Source of the DNA: Azolla caroliniana
Taxonomy: Eukaryota > Plantae > Polypodiophyta
Reading direction: 5' to 3'
Length of the DNA stretch: 64,000 nt
NCBI GenBank assembly: GCA_043228905.1
Contig: JBHGNT010000005.1
Coordinates: 20,646,001 to 20,710,000 of the forward strand
Made by a program: the position numbers and the translations under genes. Positions 11,561 to 25,375 of this stretch are shown one piece after another (position 1 is the first letter of the stretch; every line of letters begins with the position of its first letter). The notes below the pieces were generated by a model that worked only from the letters and a program-made list of their open reading frames with translations, was not told the origin of the DNA and made no database searches.

Positions 11561-11818
11561 CTAGCGCACATCAACGACCCATCCCAGGGAATTAAAAAGC
11601 TCGGATCTCAGTCACTTTACAAGTCAGGATGGGCTACTCTATCGTAATCACCTCCTTTATGTACCAGCTGGAGCATGTCACACTCGAGTCCTACAAAATT
11701 GCCACGATGATCCTCTTGTCGGCCACTTTGGGGTCACAAAAACACTAGAGTTGCTATCTCGGGTGTTTTGGTGGTCCCAACCTTAGAAATTTGTCAAAGA
11801 ATTGGTTACCGTACGAGA
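11561..11818 (+). pseudogene. Tcn1-like Gypsy integrase zinc-binding fragment (continuation of 1-258)
   Basis: Translates QDGLLYRNHLLYVPAGACHTRVLQNCHDDPLVGHFGVTKTLELLSRVFWW. Confidence 0.8.
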
Positions 11819-12045
11819 TGTACGAGTGATTGATAAGTGTGATAAGTGAGGGTGAAAGATGTAATGTGTTGATATGTATGTGTAATGTTATATGATTATG
11901 AGTGTGAATGTAAGTGTGAGTGTGGTGGATACAAAGAGGTGTGAGTGAGTGACTAGGTGTGAATGCCCAACGGAGTTGCACCCTTGTGTATCTACCCATT
12001 TGTAACTATTTAACCCCTTATGGGAAATGAATGAATACAATGATC

Positions 12046-12104
<59 letters not shown>

Positions 12105-12263
12105 ACATCTTTCTCTTTCTCTCTCCCCCTTAACGTTGAACCCCCTTGGGAGGGGGATGGAGCCATTCTAGGCACCACCCCCCACCCCGTAATGCTTCTC
12201 AATGCTTGTCAACATCTTCATCATCTCTCTCACCATCGTATCGTTCATCATCTTCATTATTAT

Positions 12264-12732
12264 TGTTGTCTGCCGGAATAGTAACCGACAGACAAGAGCG
12301 CAGTAATATGGAATAGAGTAATATTGTAACTCATGTATATGGTTCACACGGGAAGCGTGAACGGCTAAAAGACCCTGCGTATATAAAGGGTAGAAAACCT
12401 CTAATAGAGGTAGCGTGTAATTTTGAATGTAAAAGGCGTATCTTAATAGAGTTCTATCTTCTCTGATATCTGTGCGTATCTGTGGTTAATCTACTGTGTG
12501 TCTGTAATCCTTGGTGGCGTAGCACACTCGTAAGAGCGTAGGCGTGAGTAACAGTGTGTGTGCTAGCCCACTGTCTACGGAGCTCGGTTGTAACCGTCTC
12601 CCTTATACGTTGCTAGGTTACGGGAGGTATCCCACTAAGTATTACGCACAGACGCTACCATTCGTTGTCACACAGTCACTTTGAGGTCTAGGTCGAAGGA
12701 CTGACCGTAGACCGTGTTCCTAATCGGTAACA
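12264..12732 (+). repeat. Gypsy-2 5' LTR
   Basis: TGTTGTC...GGTAACA, repeated at 25376-25844. Confidence 0.93.
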
Positions 12733-12754
12733 CTTTTGGCACGCTTGGTGATCT

Positions 12755-15700
12755 ATGTCTTCTCAAAGACGAACAACAACGAATGGATGTTTAGCCGCAG
12801 ACGCCCCAGAGAACCAACACGACAAGATTGACCAATCACAAGATCCATCACACGCCAGGCAGAGGAACACGCACGGCAGAAGCCTCGCCTCAGTGACCTC
12901 AGTGATACCTGTCGGGACCACAAAGACGATTTCTCGCTCTCCAAATACCTCGGCGATACGCAGGAAGCGCTCTCACCACAAAAGCACCATGGCCTTTCCT
13001 TGCCCGCCGTAGCACCCAGCATGGCCTTTGCTTATCCCCGCTTCAACGGTGAAACCGACGCCGCAACCCACATCCGATTGTTCCTCAATGTCTGGAATGC
13101 AAACCACATGCTGTAGAGCCTTTCCGGAGCAGTAGCACACCAGTCCAAAATGACGGAGTTCAGATTAACCTTGGATGGGAGAGTGGCGTTTTGGCATTCG
13201 CAGATGGATCTGCCAGCAATCACGACCTTCGACCAACTACAATCAGCCTTTCTACGGTTTTTTCATCGGAGGGTGCCGCAACGCGAAATCCTCGGGCAGT
13301 TTTACACAATTAAACAGTTGTCGACCGAGACGGTAGCCGATTTCAATTTACGATTCCAAAATCTACGACAGAAATTAGAACGGGGCCCAACGGAGGACGA
13401 GGCTAGGGAGACATTTTTGGCAGCATTACGCCGACCCATATGGACAACACTCAACAACAATAGCCTAAAAGGGGAAACGGCCGATATGGTCATAGAAAGA
13501 GCGCTACAGCTCGACCTGGACGAAGAACAGGAAAGGTTTTCCATGTCCTCATTACGACAAGCGTTACCTCAGGACGAGAAACGACATTTTCGCCAAGCGA
13601 TCCAGTTCACTATTTGCTTGAATTTGGGGCCATCCATAGTTGAATGCAACATGCGAATCCATTGTCCAATCTGTCACTCGAAAGCTCATACAGTTGAGCA
13701 GTGCGAGTACAATATGTTGAACAGACCCACAGTACACAGCGTGGAAACACAACGTCCCCCACGTCGTAATGAACAAAGGAGGCAAGAAGCACGACCACGG
13801 TATATGGATCGAAACCCAGGCGATGACCGGCACTACCTGAATTGTCGGAATCACAACGATTCCGAGGAAGACGAGCCGGAGGATGACGACTACTGTGGCA
13901 ACCCCAAAAATACTAAAGGGGGCCGACGCTATGAGAATTACCGTCCGACAAACAAACGTGGCAGCTTCAATGGGCCTCGTGGAAAGCATCGTCAATATCG
14001 GGACCAACGGCGGTACGATGAAAGTTCGGACGATGACCGGCACCAGGAACCACGCCGGGACCAACAACAACCACCGCGTACACTCCGACGAACGAATCAG
14101 GATTGGGAGGAGCAAGTCACACCTGGGGATCGGCACACACCACTAGGGGTCGAGAAGGGCAAATCTAGCCTCCATTGTTTTGTTTGTCAACAGCCCGGAC
14201 ATTATGCCACACAATGCCTAGTATGCAAGGGCAAGGGGCCCGCCATCAATACGATTACGGCGGAAGTACAGCAAGTCACGACACATCAGCAAACAAAAAA
14301 TGTTGATTGGGCCACGCAAGATGAGATACGGTGGACAACCCAAGCATGGGTTGAAAAAGCAAACCCTGCAAATACGGAGCGCATGCGGAAGGAGTCTGCA
14401 AGCACGATGGAGCTATTGGAGGAAGAGGGACCATCTCCGGACCCCATATGGCAAGCACTGACAGGCTCGAGATAACGTTAACCATGGAGAAGCTGCTGCA
14501 ACTAGTCCCACGATTCCGCCAGGCCGTGGAAGAGCGGATCACGGGGACACCTAGAGTAAGCGTCACCGCGAATTTTACGGACATTAGCGACAAACCGACA
14601 GTGGTGGATCACCACAACCCAGCTTTTTAGTTGATACTACACGGTCAGGAAATCCGAGGATGCGTAATCGATGGCGGCTCGGGCGTTAATGTAATTAGCG
14701 CGAAAACATGCGAACAATTGGGAATTTCAGAATGGGAAGCTTGCTCGTTTTGGCTTCACATGGCGGATGCCCGCTCAGTACGACCATTTGGGTTGATACG
14801 CAAGGTAGGCATTATCGTAGGAGGACATCGCTTCGACATCTCGACGGTAGTCATCGCCCTTGACGCTCTAGGGGCGTATCCTATGTTGTTGGGTAGACCG
14901 TGGCTTCGTTCAACGAATATCAAGCTGAGCTGGCAACACAAGTGTATCAGCTTTCGACGCGGACGCACCAAGGTTCGCGTACCAACAAAGGAAATGGCGA
15001 CACAACCCAAGGGCATAACACCATTGTACGCGGAGGATATAAATATGCTGGTTGGGGTGGATGATACAAAATTAGAGGTATACCTACTATATTTGGTAGA
15101 GAAACAAGCGCTGACGAGGAAATTGGCGAGATGGATGTGCTACTTCAAGAATTCGACTTTGTAATTCAGCACCGCCCGGGTACGCAACACGTAGTGGCAG
15201 ATTTTTTTAACAGACTCGATAATGGAGAAACGACGTAGAAGGATGACGAAGACTTTCCGGATGCAGACATTCTGCGGGTAGCAACGCTAGCAGAACGAAC
15301 GGAAAAGACCTTCCGGGATCAGTGCCTCATGGAAATGACCTACTTCCTGACCACGGGGTTATTGCCACCCCAATTACAAACGGATGTGGAAAAAACAGTT
15401 GGCCGTCCGGAGTCGAAATTTCTGTTTAGTGGAATACATACTATACCACAAGGGCAGTGACGGCATCTGGAGGCGCGGAATACGGCAGGATGAGAAGGCC
15501 GCAATTCTACACGAAGCTCATTGTGGTACAGTGGGAGGACATTACGCAGGCGATGTTACGGCCCGGAAAATTTGGCAAACAGGACTTTGGTGGGCGACGA
15601 CGCAAAAGGACGCGTATGAATATTTCAAACCGTGCGATTTATGCCAACGACTGGGCCAGCCCACAGAAGTTGCAAGAATGCCACACCAACCAGTGTTGCC

Positions 15701-16554
15701 ACTAGATTCTTTCCAAAAGTGGGGGTTAGATTTTGTGGGACCTTTTACCCCGGCGGCCGTTCGAACAGGCAATAAGTACATCTTGGTGGCTACGGATTAC
15801 TGCACCAACTGGGTAGAAGTGAAACCACTATGCGAGAATACTGCAGCAGTCACGGCGAAATTCTTGTGAGAACACATTTGGTGTCATTTTGGCTACCCTA
15901 TCGAGCTCATTAGTGACCAAGGGAGTCACTTTCTGAATACAGTCATCAGCAAACTGACCCAACATTACGCAGTGGTGCACAAGAAAAGTACGTTGTATTA
16001 CCCGCAGGCAAATGGCTTGGCAGAATCCATGAACAAAACCATCCAAACTATCCTCAAAAAGATAGTCAATGAGAATAGGACGGATTGGGACACCAAGTTG
16101 CATAGCGCGTTATGGGCATACCGTACCAGCTATAAGAGTAGCATACAATCAAATACCCAGTCTACAGATTCAAATACGAGCCCGGCTACCAAAGGGCAAA
16201 TCCGAACAAATACGGCTACAGCAACTGCTAGAGCTAGGAGAAACAACGGTACACAGTATGGCCATATTAGAGCAGGAACAGCGGCGGCACAAAGCATTCG
16301 TTGACCGACACCGGCATGCGCGTGAAAAAGATTTTACAGTTGGAAAAGCGGTATTAGTTTTCCAAACACGCATGGGGCATATGCCAGGAAAATTAAGATT
16401 CCGCAGGACAGGCCCTTACTGGATAGTAGGAGCAGAACAAGGCACATTTCAACTGGGTACGCTGGCCGGGGATGTGTTACGACAAAAAGTGAATGGGTTT
16501 CGCCTTAAACCTTATCAAGGACCTACGCCACCTAGCCCGTTCCCCGCCGAATAG
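12755..16554 (+). pseudogene. gag-pol: Gypsy-2 gag-PR-(RT/RH deleted)-INT
   Basis: Gag with three knuckles (13150-14475) and protease VIDGGSGVN. At about 15083 the sequence jumps LEVYL|LYLVEKQALTRKLARW to the end of RNase H. Integrase motifs WGLDFVGP and PQANGLAE follow. Confidence 0.9.
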
Positions 16555-17291
16555 GACAAAGCCGGAGAATCCGCGGAGTAAGTAGACGACCCCACTTGTA
16601 TTATAGTGTAAAAATAGTATTGTATGTAACTGTTATGAAAAAAAAAAAAACAAGATAGTGACGTTATTAAAAGGACTTAAGGCATGCACAAACTTTTAGA
16701 CCAAGAACATGCGGCACCATGATGGCTCACCGACCAATGAACCCTAGGCCACAAAAAGAAGGAAATAGAAGGTTTTCTGCACAATACAAAAATCAATCTT
16801 CTAACTCTCAGCGCTCTCATCGCTCCCCTTCCTTGCCCTCTTCTCCATCCTATCACAGAGCTCGAGCCCGCCGCAACCAACAGTCTTCACCCGCTAGCCA
16901 CTAGCCTATTCCGACTATGCTAATATCCATCTCTACCGCCTTGCGTCGATGGCTCATTGAGAAACACTTGGATGGGTACATCAAGGTCACTGAGGCACCT
17001 CCACACCCTGACGCACTGGACATCGCTAGAAAGCTCAACATCGACACGGTCACCAACTCATCCATTTGGAAAAAGTTGGACCTGTCATCACTGGATGAAA
17101 GGCATTTCGAAATCCCTCCTGCGGAATCCCTACAGAGATATTTCGGTCCATATTCGTCATCCGCCAAGGCATATAGAACGAAGGAGATCCCAGATCCCTT
17201 TTTCCGCGAAATCGCCAAGTTCCTGTTTGAGGTCGGATGCGTACATGTAAACGCATATGGGATGCCCAAGTAGACCTTTGAAGGGCGTACA

Positions 17292-18148
17292 TGTCGAGAA
17301 CTCAACGTTCCTTATGCGCAACGCTCTTCCACAACCGAGCTTAGAATGATACACAGAAGACGGGAAATAAAACGCGACACAAAGAAGAGAAAAAGGTACA
17401 CAGGAGGTTTACGTGGAAAACCCCAAACTAGGGGAAAAACCACGGCAGCCCACAGGCTGCAAACTGTCACTATGTAAGAATGTACAACAGTGAGTTCACT
17501 GAGGCAACGACGTCGTGCTCACAAATCTTCGCTACATGCGACAGTTACAACAGAGGCAACAACCTCTTTCTCTCTCTCTCTCTCTCTGTACAATTACGCA
17601 CACTGATCTCGTGCAAAACAGAAAATGACAAAAACCTACTAAAAGTTTGCCCTAAGTCATATTTATACTAATATGACTTTTCGGCTATTTAAAAATATAG
17701 CCTCGATGAACTCTCAGAAAACATATTTACAAATATGTCTCTTCATCCGGTTCATACCAGGTCTGTGCCATCCGGCTCTCCGTAGCTGGGTACTCCTCAT
17801 CCGGTCTTCATCGGGTCTGTATCATCTGGCTCTCCGTAGCCGGGTACTCCTCATCCGGTCTTCACCGGGTCTGTATCATCCGGCTCTCCGTAGCCGGGTA
17901 CTCCTCATCCGGTCTTCACCGGGTCTGTATCATCCGGCTCTCCGTAGTCGGGTACTCCTCATCCGGTCTTCACCGGGTCTGTATCATCCGGCTCTCCGTG
18001 GCCGGGTACTCCTCATCTAGTCTTCACCGGGTCTGTATCATCCGGCTCTCCGTAGCCGGGTCCTCCTCATACGGTTTCGGCCTCGGCCGAGTTTGTTCAT
18101 CGGCACTGTTATTCTCCCTTCCCATCCGGAGGGACCTGTCTCCCAACA
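17292..18148 (-). repeat. Copia-A 3' LTR (857 bp; six 54-bp units)
   Basis: Direct repeat of 22235-23040, with a tandem array at about 17769-18070. Confidence 0.93.
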
Positions 18149-18158
18149 AACTCCCTCT

Positions 18159-21100
18159 TCACTCCGGCATGGGGTGTCTTACCAGTCTGATTCTCTTCCG
18201 GCATGCATCCAGCTTGTCGGGTATCAACACTTTGGTCAGCATATCTGACCCGTTCTCGGCCGTGTGGATCTTCATCAGCGCGAACTCCTGGTCATCTACT
18301 CTTTCCCGGATCCAGTGGTACCTCCGCTGGATATGTTTCGTCTGGGAATGGTAGGCCGCATTCTTAGCAAGGTGGATGGCACTTTGACTGTCGCAATAGA
18401 GTCGGTATTCATCTTGTCGGATACCGAGCTCTCCGATGAAGTCCTTCATCCATAATATTTCCTTGCCAGCTTCCACAGCTGCCATGTACTCCGCCTCTGT
18501 GGTTGACAATGCAACCGTCTTCTACAGCCTCGACTGCCACGAAACAGCTCCCCCTGCATATGTCATCACATACCCGGATGTAGACCGGCTGGTATCCACA
18601 TCAGCCGACATGTCCGAATCGGTGAAACCGTCCAGTTGAGGTTTTCCGGAGCCGAATCGGAGACACATATTTGAAGTGCCCTTCAAATACCGGAGTATCC
18701 ATTTGACCGCGTTCCAGTGCTCCTTGCCGGGATTACTCATGAACCGGCTCACCACTCCAACTGCGTATCCTATATCCAGTCGAGTACAAACCATTGCGTA
18801 CATCAAGCTCCCGACGGCAGAGGCATATGGAATCTTCATCATATCCGCCTTCTCTGCTTTCGTCTTCGGGCTTTGCTTGCCGGATAGCCTGCAGTTTGCC
18901 GGAAGTGTCGATCCGACCGGTTTCGCTTCTGACATGTTGAACCGGTGAAGCACCTTTGTCACATACTTCTCCTGTGACAGCCATAATTGCTTCGTTGACC
19001 GGTTCCGGATGATGTGCATCCCCAACATCTGTCTTGCCGGACCCAAGTCTTTCATTGAGAATGTCCGGTTGAGAGCCTTCTTCAGCATCCGTATTTTGAC
19101 TTGGTCACGTCCAACGATCAACATGTCATCCACATACAGAAGGAGTATTAGGAAGTCACCTCCTTCGAAATTCTTCACAAACACACAGTGATCGTCCTGT
19201 GTCTTGTGGTACCCTTGATTGGTCATGAAGTAATCGAACTTCCGGTACCATTGCCGGGGAGCCTGCTTCAGTCCGTACAGGCTCTTCTTCAACCGGCATA
19301 CCAGGTGCTCCTTCCCTTTCTCCACGAATCCTTCCGGTTGCTGCATGTAGATCTCCTCTTCGAGGTCACCGTGAAGGAATGTCGTCTTCACGTCCAGCTG
19401 CTCTACCTCGAGGTCCATGCTTGCTGCTATACTCAGCACCGTCCGGATGGAGGTCATCTTTACTACCGGGGCAAATATCTCGTCGAAGTCCACGCCCTTC
19501 TTTTGCTGGAACCCCTTCACCACGATCCTAGCTTTGTATCTTAGGGGGTTGCCGGCATCTCCCGGTTTCAACTTGTACACCCACTTGTTTCGGAGTGCCC
19601 GCTTTCCTTTCGGCAACTCCACCAATTCGTACGTATGGTTCTCATGCAGGGAATCCATCTCATCCTGCATGGCACTTAACCATTTTCGGTTGTGGGTGTC
19701 TTCCTCCGCTTCTTCGAAGCTTTCGGGCTCCCCCTCATCGGTCAGCAGAACATGCTCTGCATCCGGAAATCTCCGGGGGGCCCTTCTCTCTCTGAGAGGA
19801 TATCTCCATCTCTGGGCTTCGGTGACCGGCTCATCCATCTGCTCTTCATCCGAATCCGATTCAGGGTCTTGGCCAGTTCCGGTTTCAGCTTCCTCTACTT
19901 CTTCTTCAGCCCGTTCGGTATCCTCACCGTAACCGTCCGGTCTCTCGAGTGCTAACCGGTCTCTTGCCGGTTGGGGCTGCTCATCGTAGAGTCAATCCTT
20001 ACCGGTCGACTCGGAGTTCATTATCTTCTTCTCCGACTCCCAGTCGGCGAGCGGCTTGTTCTCCATGAAGATAATATCTCGACTCCGGAATACCTTCTTG
20101 TCGACCGGGTCCCACACTCGGTAGCCGAACTCATCGTCACCGTAACCGAGGAATATGCATGGCTGAGTCTTTGGATCTAACTTTCCTCTCCGGTCCTTAG
20201 CTACATGCACGTACACGAGACACCCGAATACCTTCAGATGCCGGTAGGATACTTCCTTACCGGTCCACACTCTCTGTGGCGTGTCTCCGTCCAAGGGTAC
20301 TGAGGGTGATCTTTTTATCACATATGTCGCCGTCGACAATGCCTCAGTCCAAAACTTCTTGGATAGTTTTGCATGCGCTAGCATACTCCGGACCCTCTCC
20401 ATTATGGTCCGGTTCATCCTCTCGGCCAGTTTGTTTAGTTCCGACGTCTTCGGCACGGTAAATTCGAGCCGGATTCCCTTCGAGCAGCAGTACTCCTCGA
20501 ACTGCCCCCGGTATTCTCCTCCGTTATCTGCTCGAACTGCCTTCAGCATCCGACCGGTTTCTCTTTCCAGTCTCGCGTGGAGCTCTTTGAAGACGGATAG
20601 CACCTGATCCTTCGTCTTCAGCGGTGTAGCCCACAGCTTCCGGCTGTGGTCATCTATGAATGTCACGAAGTACTACGCTCCGGCATGTGACTTCGTGTCT
20701 ACTTGACACACATCGGTATGCACCAACCCCAGTGGTGCATTACGTCTCATCGGTGGCCTTGGTTGGAAGGAGGTCTGGTTTTGCTTACCGGCCAGACAAT
20801 CAGTGCACTTCTCCAAGTGCACGTTCTTCACTGGAATGAGGTTGTCTTCTGCAAGCCTCTTCATCCCCTTCTCGCTCATGTGACACAGCCTCTTGTGCCA
20901 TAGCTCACCGGCAGTGTCGGATGCCACGTTCACTTCCTCCGGACATAACCGGGCATTCATCAGGTACAAAGTGTTGACTTTCCAGGCCCGAGCCACAATC
21001 AGGCTCCCTTTGCTGAACTTCATGACACCGTTCCGGATGCTACCCGTGTAGCCCTCATCATCTAGCCGACCGGCTGATATCAGGTTCAGTCGAACCTCTG

Positions 21101-22184
21101 GAACGTGTCGTACATCCTTCAGCAGCAACTTGCATCCGGTTGGTGTCGACAGCCACACGTCTCCTATGCCGACAATTCGGCATGTCCCTTCATTCCCCAT
21201 CCGGACACAGCCGTGATCAACGGTTGAGTAGGATGAGAAGCATTTCCGGTCCGGGGTAAGGTGGAACGACGCTCCGGAGTCTACCACCCAGGTCATCTCG
21301 TCGCCGGCAAGGTTTATCTCACTCTCCTCGGTGATGACCATCAACTCCTCTTCACTTGCCGCGATTGCCGTCGTTCCCTTCCGGTCCGGCCCCCTCCGGT
21401 CTTTACCGTTCCGGTCCGGGGTCTGCTTCGAATCGGTACCGTCGGTCTCCTTATCTTTTCGGAACTGCCGATAGTTCTTTTGGAAGTGTCCCGGCTTGCC
21501 GCAATAGAAGCAAGTAGGCCTCCCCCTTGACTTTGACCGTGTCCCCAACTTCTCCCGGTTCTGGGGACTACGGTTTCTATGTCTTCCGCGTTCCGATTCG
21601 GTAAGGAGCGCTTTGGAGTCGGAGCTCGTATCCTTATCTTTCTGACGCGCCTCTTCATCTAGCAAGCTCGACTTTACTCTTGCTAGGGATAACCGCTTTC
21701 CTTCTGGCCCGGCATTGCCCAAAGTGACAACCAACGTCTCCCAGCTATCCGGGAGGGAACCGAGCAGGAGCAGCGCTAGTACCTCATCGACGAGAGGTAC
21801 TTCCAATGAAGTTGCCTGGTGGATCAGCCCCTGGAAGGCATTCATGTGCTCCGCCATGTTGGAGCCATCTTGGTATCGGAGTCTTACTAGCTTCCGGAAT
21901 ACCGACACCTGATTGACAGCATTTTTGTTCTGAAACATTATGCCGATCTTCTCCCAGAGCTCATGAGCCTTGCTCTCTTCATTGAAGTTGTTGTATAGGC
22001 TCATGTCGATGAAGCACCGTATGTACGCCGTTGTCTTCATATGCATCACCTCCCATATTGCGGCGTCGATTTTGTCCGGTCTCTTGTCCCCGAACTGAAC
22101 CGGCAGCCAGAGGTCTTTAACCACGAGCATGTCCCTCATCTTCGACTTCCACACTGAATAGTTGGAGCCGGTGAGCTTGAACAT
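18159..22184 (-). pseudogene. gag-pol: Copia-A gag-PR-INT-RT-RH polyprotein (stops and frameshift)
   Basis: Motifs CFYCGKPGH, WVVDSGASFH, LWHKRLCH, RADNGGEY, YVDDML, FTDSDM, KHIQRRYHWIRE. Confidence 0.95.
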
Positions 22185-22234
22185 GCCGCCAAACGATTTG
22201 TCCCTTTTCTGTGACGTTTCGCTCTGATACCACT

Positions 22235-23040
22235 TGTCGAGAACTCAACGTTCCTTATGCGCAACGCTCGGCCACAACCAAGCTTAGAATGATACACAGA
22301 AGACGGGAAATAAAACGCGACACAAAGAAGAGAAAAAGGTACACAGGAGGTTTACGTGGAAAACCCCAAACTAGGGGAAAAACCACGGCAACCCACAGGC
22401 TGCAAACTGTCACTATGTAAGAATGTACAACAGTGAGTTCACTGAGGCAACGACCTCGGGCTCACAGATCTTAGCTACAGGCGACAGTTACAACAGAGGC
22501 AACAACCTCTTTCTCTCTCTCTCTCTCTCTTTATATAGTTACGCACACTGATCTCGTGCAAAACAGAAAATGACAACAACCTACTAAAAGTTTGCCCTAA
22601 GTCATATTTATACTAATATGACTTTTCGACTATTTACAAATATAGCCTCGATGAACTCTCAGAAAACATATTTACAAATATGTCTCTTCATCCGGTTCAT
22701 ACCGGGTCTGCGCCATCCGGCTCTCCGTAGCCGGGTACTCCTCATCCGGTCTTCACCGGGTCTGTATCATCCGGCTCTCCGTAGCCGGGTACTCCTCATA
22801 TGTCTCTTCACCGGGTCTGTATCATCCGGCTCTCCGTAGCCGAGTACTCCTCATCCGGTCTTCACCGGGTCTGTATCATCCGGCTCTCCGTGGCCAGGTA
22901 CTCCTCATCCGGTCTTCACCGGGTCTGTATCATCCGGCTCTCCGTAGCCGGGTCCTCCTCATACGGTTTCGGCCTCGACCGAGTTTGTTCATCGGCACTG
23001 TTATTCTCCCTTCCCATCCGGAGGGACTTGTCTCCCAACA
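22235..23040 (-). repeat. Copia-A 5' LTR (806 bp; five 54-bp units)
   Basis: Adjacent to the PBS. One repeat unit fewer than the 3' LTR. Confidence 0.93.
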
Positions 23041-25375
23041 GTACAGTCGATTGGGGGGTCATTACGGGGCCAACGTTAAGGGAAGGCCTGCACGCGTATC
23101 AAGGAGGCAAAAAGCCCAGGCCTATCATACAACAGTACCTGACAATACTATTCCCACCCCGAGGTTTGTCGGCACCGCAACCCAGCAAACCCACGCCGCC
23201 GCCTCGATTCACAAAGCGAAGGTTAGCGGAGTTAGCCACCACAGAGTGGGAGGATGAACCCCAACCCGCCCAACCGAACACGCAAACAATGCAGGAAGAG
23301 CAAGCTGAGCGCACTGAACCACGATAGGAGGAAGCGGCACAGGAGCCGAAAGCTGAACCACGACAGGAAAGCCCAAGGCCGAAACAGCGGAGACTGGACA
23401 TGAAAGATGTGCACGGATTAGTTAAAAACGCACTCGCGACCACGGAGACAACGACCATGGGCAACCACTCCACAGCTACGGAGCCCAACACTGCCTTCGA
23501 AGGAATCCAAGAACCACGGCTGATCATTACGGCCCAATCACAGCGGGGGAAAGCCGTATTGACGGCGGAAAGCGAGGTCCTGGCGTATCCGGACATTCCA
23601 GACACGGCCCATGAGTTCGGCGCACTATTACAGTTCGGAACCACTTTTGAACTCATGGAATTCTTGGCAATGCAACAGATAAAAGTCTCACAATGAATGG
23701 CTGAGGAGCACGCGGAGCGCCAAATGATCAAGTGCGTGTTAACACAAACGGCAGAAAGTAACGATGAGGATTAGTTAGCTAGAGTCGGCAGGCAGAGGAA
23801 CGCCGGTATACGCCGAATGGGGATGGAACTACCCCCATTAAACGCGGCCTTTGTCGAAGTTAATAGGGAACTGGCAAAGGTCGGTATGGGCGCCAAGGAT
23901 ATGGCAATTAAAAATAAAAATGTCTGGAAAAAGGTTAAACTAACCCAAGCCGAGCTACAAAAGGCCAATGAACGCATCACGGAATTGGAAAATCACGCGA
24001 CTACGGTGCAACAGGCAGCTCCACCAACAACCAACGACAACCATTGCCTCAAAGAAATTGAAGCTCAGACAACCATTGCCTCGAAAGCGAAACGGGTTGT
24101 GCAACTGGCGGAATCAAATATTGACCATCTCCGCGCCGAACTTCGCCAGTCCTTGGACAGAGAAAAGGACATCCGGGCCAACGGCCGAAATGCAGTGAAG
24201 ACCCTTGAAGAGAAACTCGCAGCGGAGACAGCACGGCACACCCGGACGAAAGAAGAAAATGCTCAATTACGGGAGGAAGCAAAAAAATTGGAAGCGGAAA
24301 TCGCGGGACTCCGGGCCTTATTGGAGAAGAAGAAAGCATGGTTCGACGAGCAGCTGGTGGGAGAACAAGAGAGAAGGCATCAGCTAGAAATCCGCATGAA
24401 CAATCAAAATGGGAAAACTGGAAGAACTACATTCGAAGGAATCCCAGCTTTGGGCAGGAATGAGGAGCACTTATGAGGAAGCGGCAGCGGTTAGTCAACA
24501 AGAAATTGCAAACCTCAAGAAATTGGTAGAAGAAGCACGCAACCGTTGACAAGCCATAACAAACAATGTGCGCATCCTTCTACAAACAAATCAAGAGAGG
24601 TTTACGGCGCAATTAAAATCGGCGCTAGACAAAGGTTGGATGGCGTGGGTTGCACAAGCGGCGGAATTGCATACGTATCGAGCGGACTGGGAGAACCGAA
24701 GGAAAGACGGCCGAGGGTTCTACAAACTCAATGAGGAAAGCATTGCGGTAGTACACGAGGACCTAGCGCAGGACTATCACACGCTAGCGGACCAACATTT
24801 CGAGGAACTCGCACAACTACTAGATGATTTTGGCGAAAGTCAGGAGGACCTGTTTTACCAGATCACACAAGCCGGCAGCACGCGAACAAACGAGGAATCC
24901 ATCGCGATACCAATTCCAGATACTACCAAACAAGAGGAACCTCAGGCCATGTCACCAAAAATTACCACTATTGTGAACAGCACGGAATGGCGAGTGGAGT
25001 CTCCCGCAATACCAGACAATGAAACCACCGACCAAGAGGAACCCCACTCTCTCTAGAGCGTACAACGACGGCCGACATCACGAAGGAAGTGACGGACGAA
25101 ACAGAGCTGCGACCTACCGCAAGCCTGTAGACGGCTGAACCAATCCCAATAGCCCAAGAAGAGCCAGCAGAACTCGGACCGTCCACACAGGACGCCAGCG
25201 ACACCATGGGAAGCCCTCCCGACCAAGCAGGGGAACCACACAACGACGCGCCTACGGGCCCTACGTCGTCCCCAAGCACGGACACCGTAGTAGAACCAAA
25301 CATCATGGCCATTTTGGAGGAAGATTAAAGGGGTGGGTCTGACGTGCCATGGCACTGTCCCACAGGCGTGCCAGG

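Larger units (their letters stand above)
17292..23040 (-). mobile_element. Copia-A: full-length Ty1/Copia element (Tnt1/Tork-like)
   Basis: LTRs 17292-18148 and 22235-23040, TSD GTACA on both sides, PBS TGGTATCAGAGC (22221-22232, tRNA-iMet), PPT GAAGAGGGAG next to 18148. Confidence 0.96.
16917..25328 (+). pseudogene. Gypsy-2 extra ORF (ORF3), split by Copia-A (16917-17291 plus 23046-25328)
   Basis: Shares APPH, YFGxYSxSxKAYRT, TxEGxxVDW, QxLTxLxPP, FYKxxEESI and terminal ILEE(D/E)* with Gypsy-1 ORF3. Confidence 0.8.

Noticed and set aside
17673-18070. 54-bp array as a CRISPR or as a repeat protein ORF (GLYHPALRSRVLLIRSSP)
   Set aside because: Units are contiguous with no unique spacers and lie in both LTRs of a Copia element. 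The ORF is a by-product of a unit length divisible by three.
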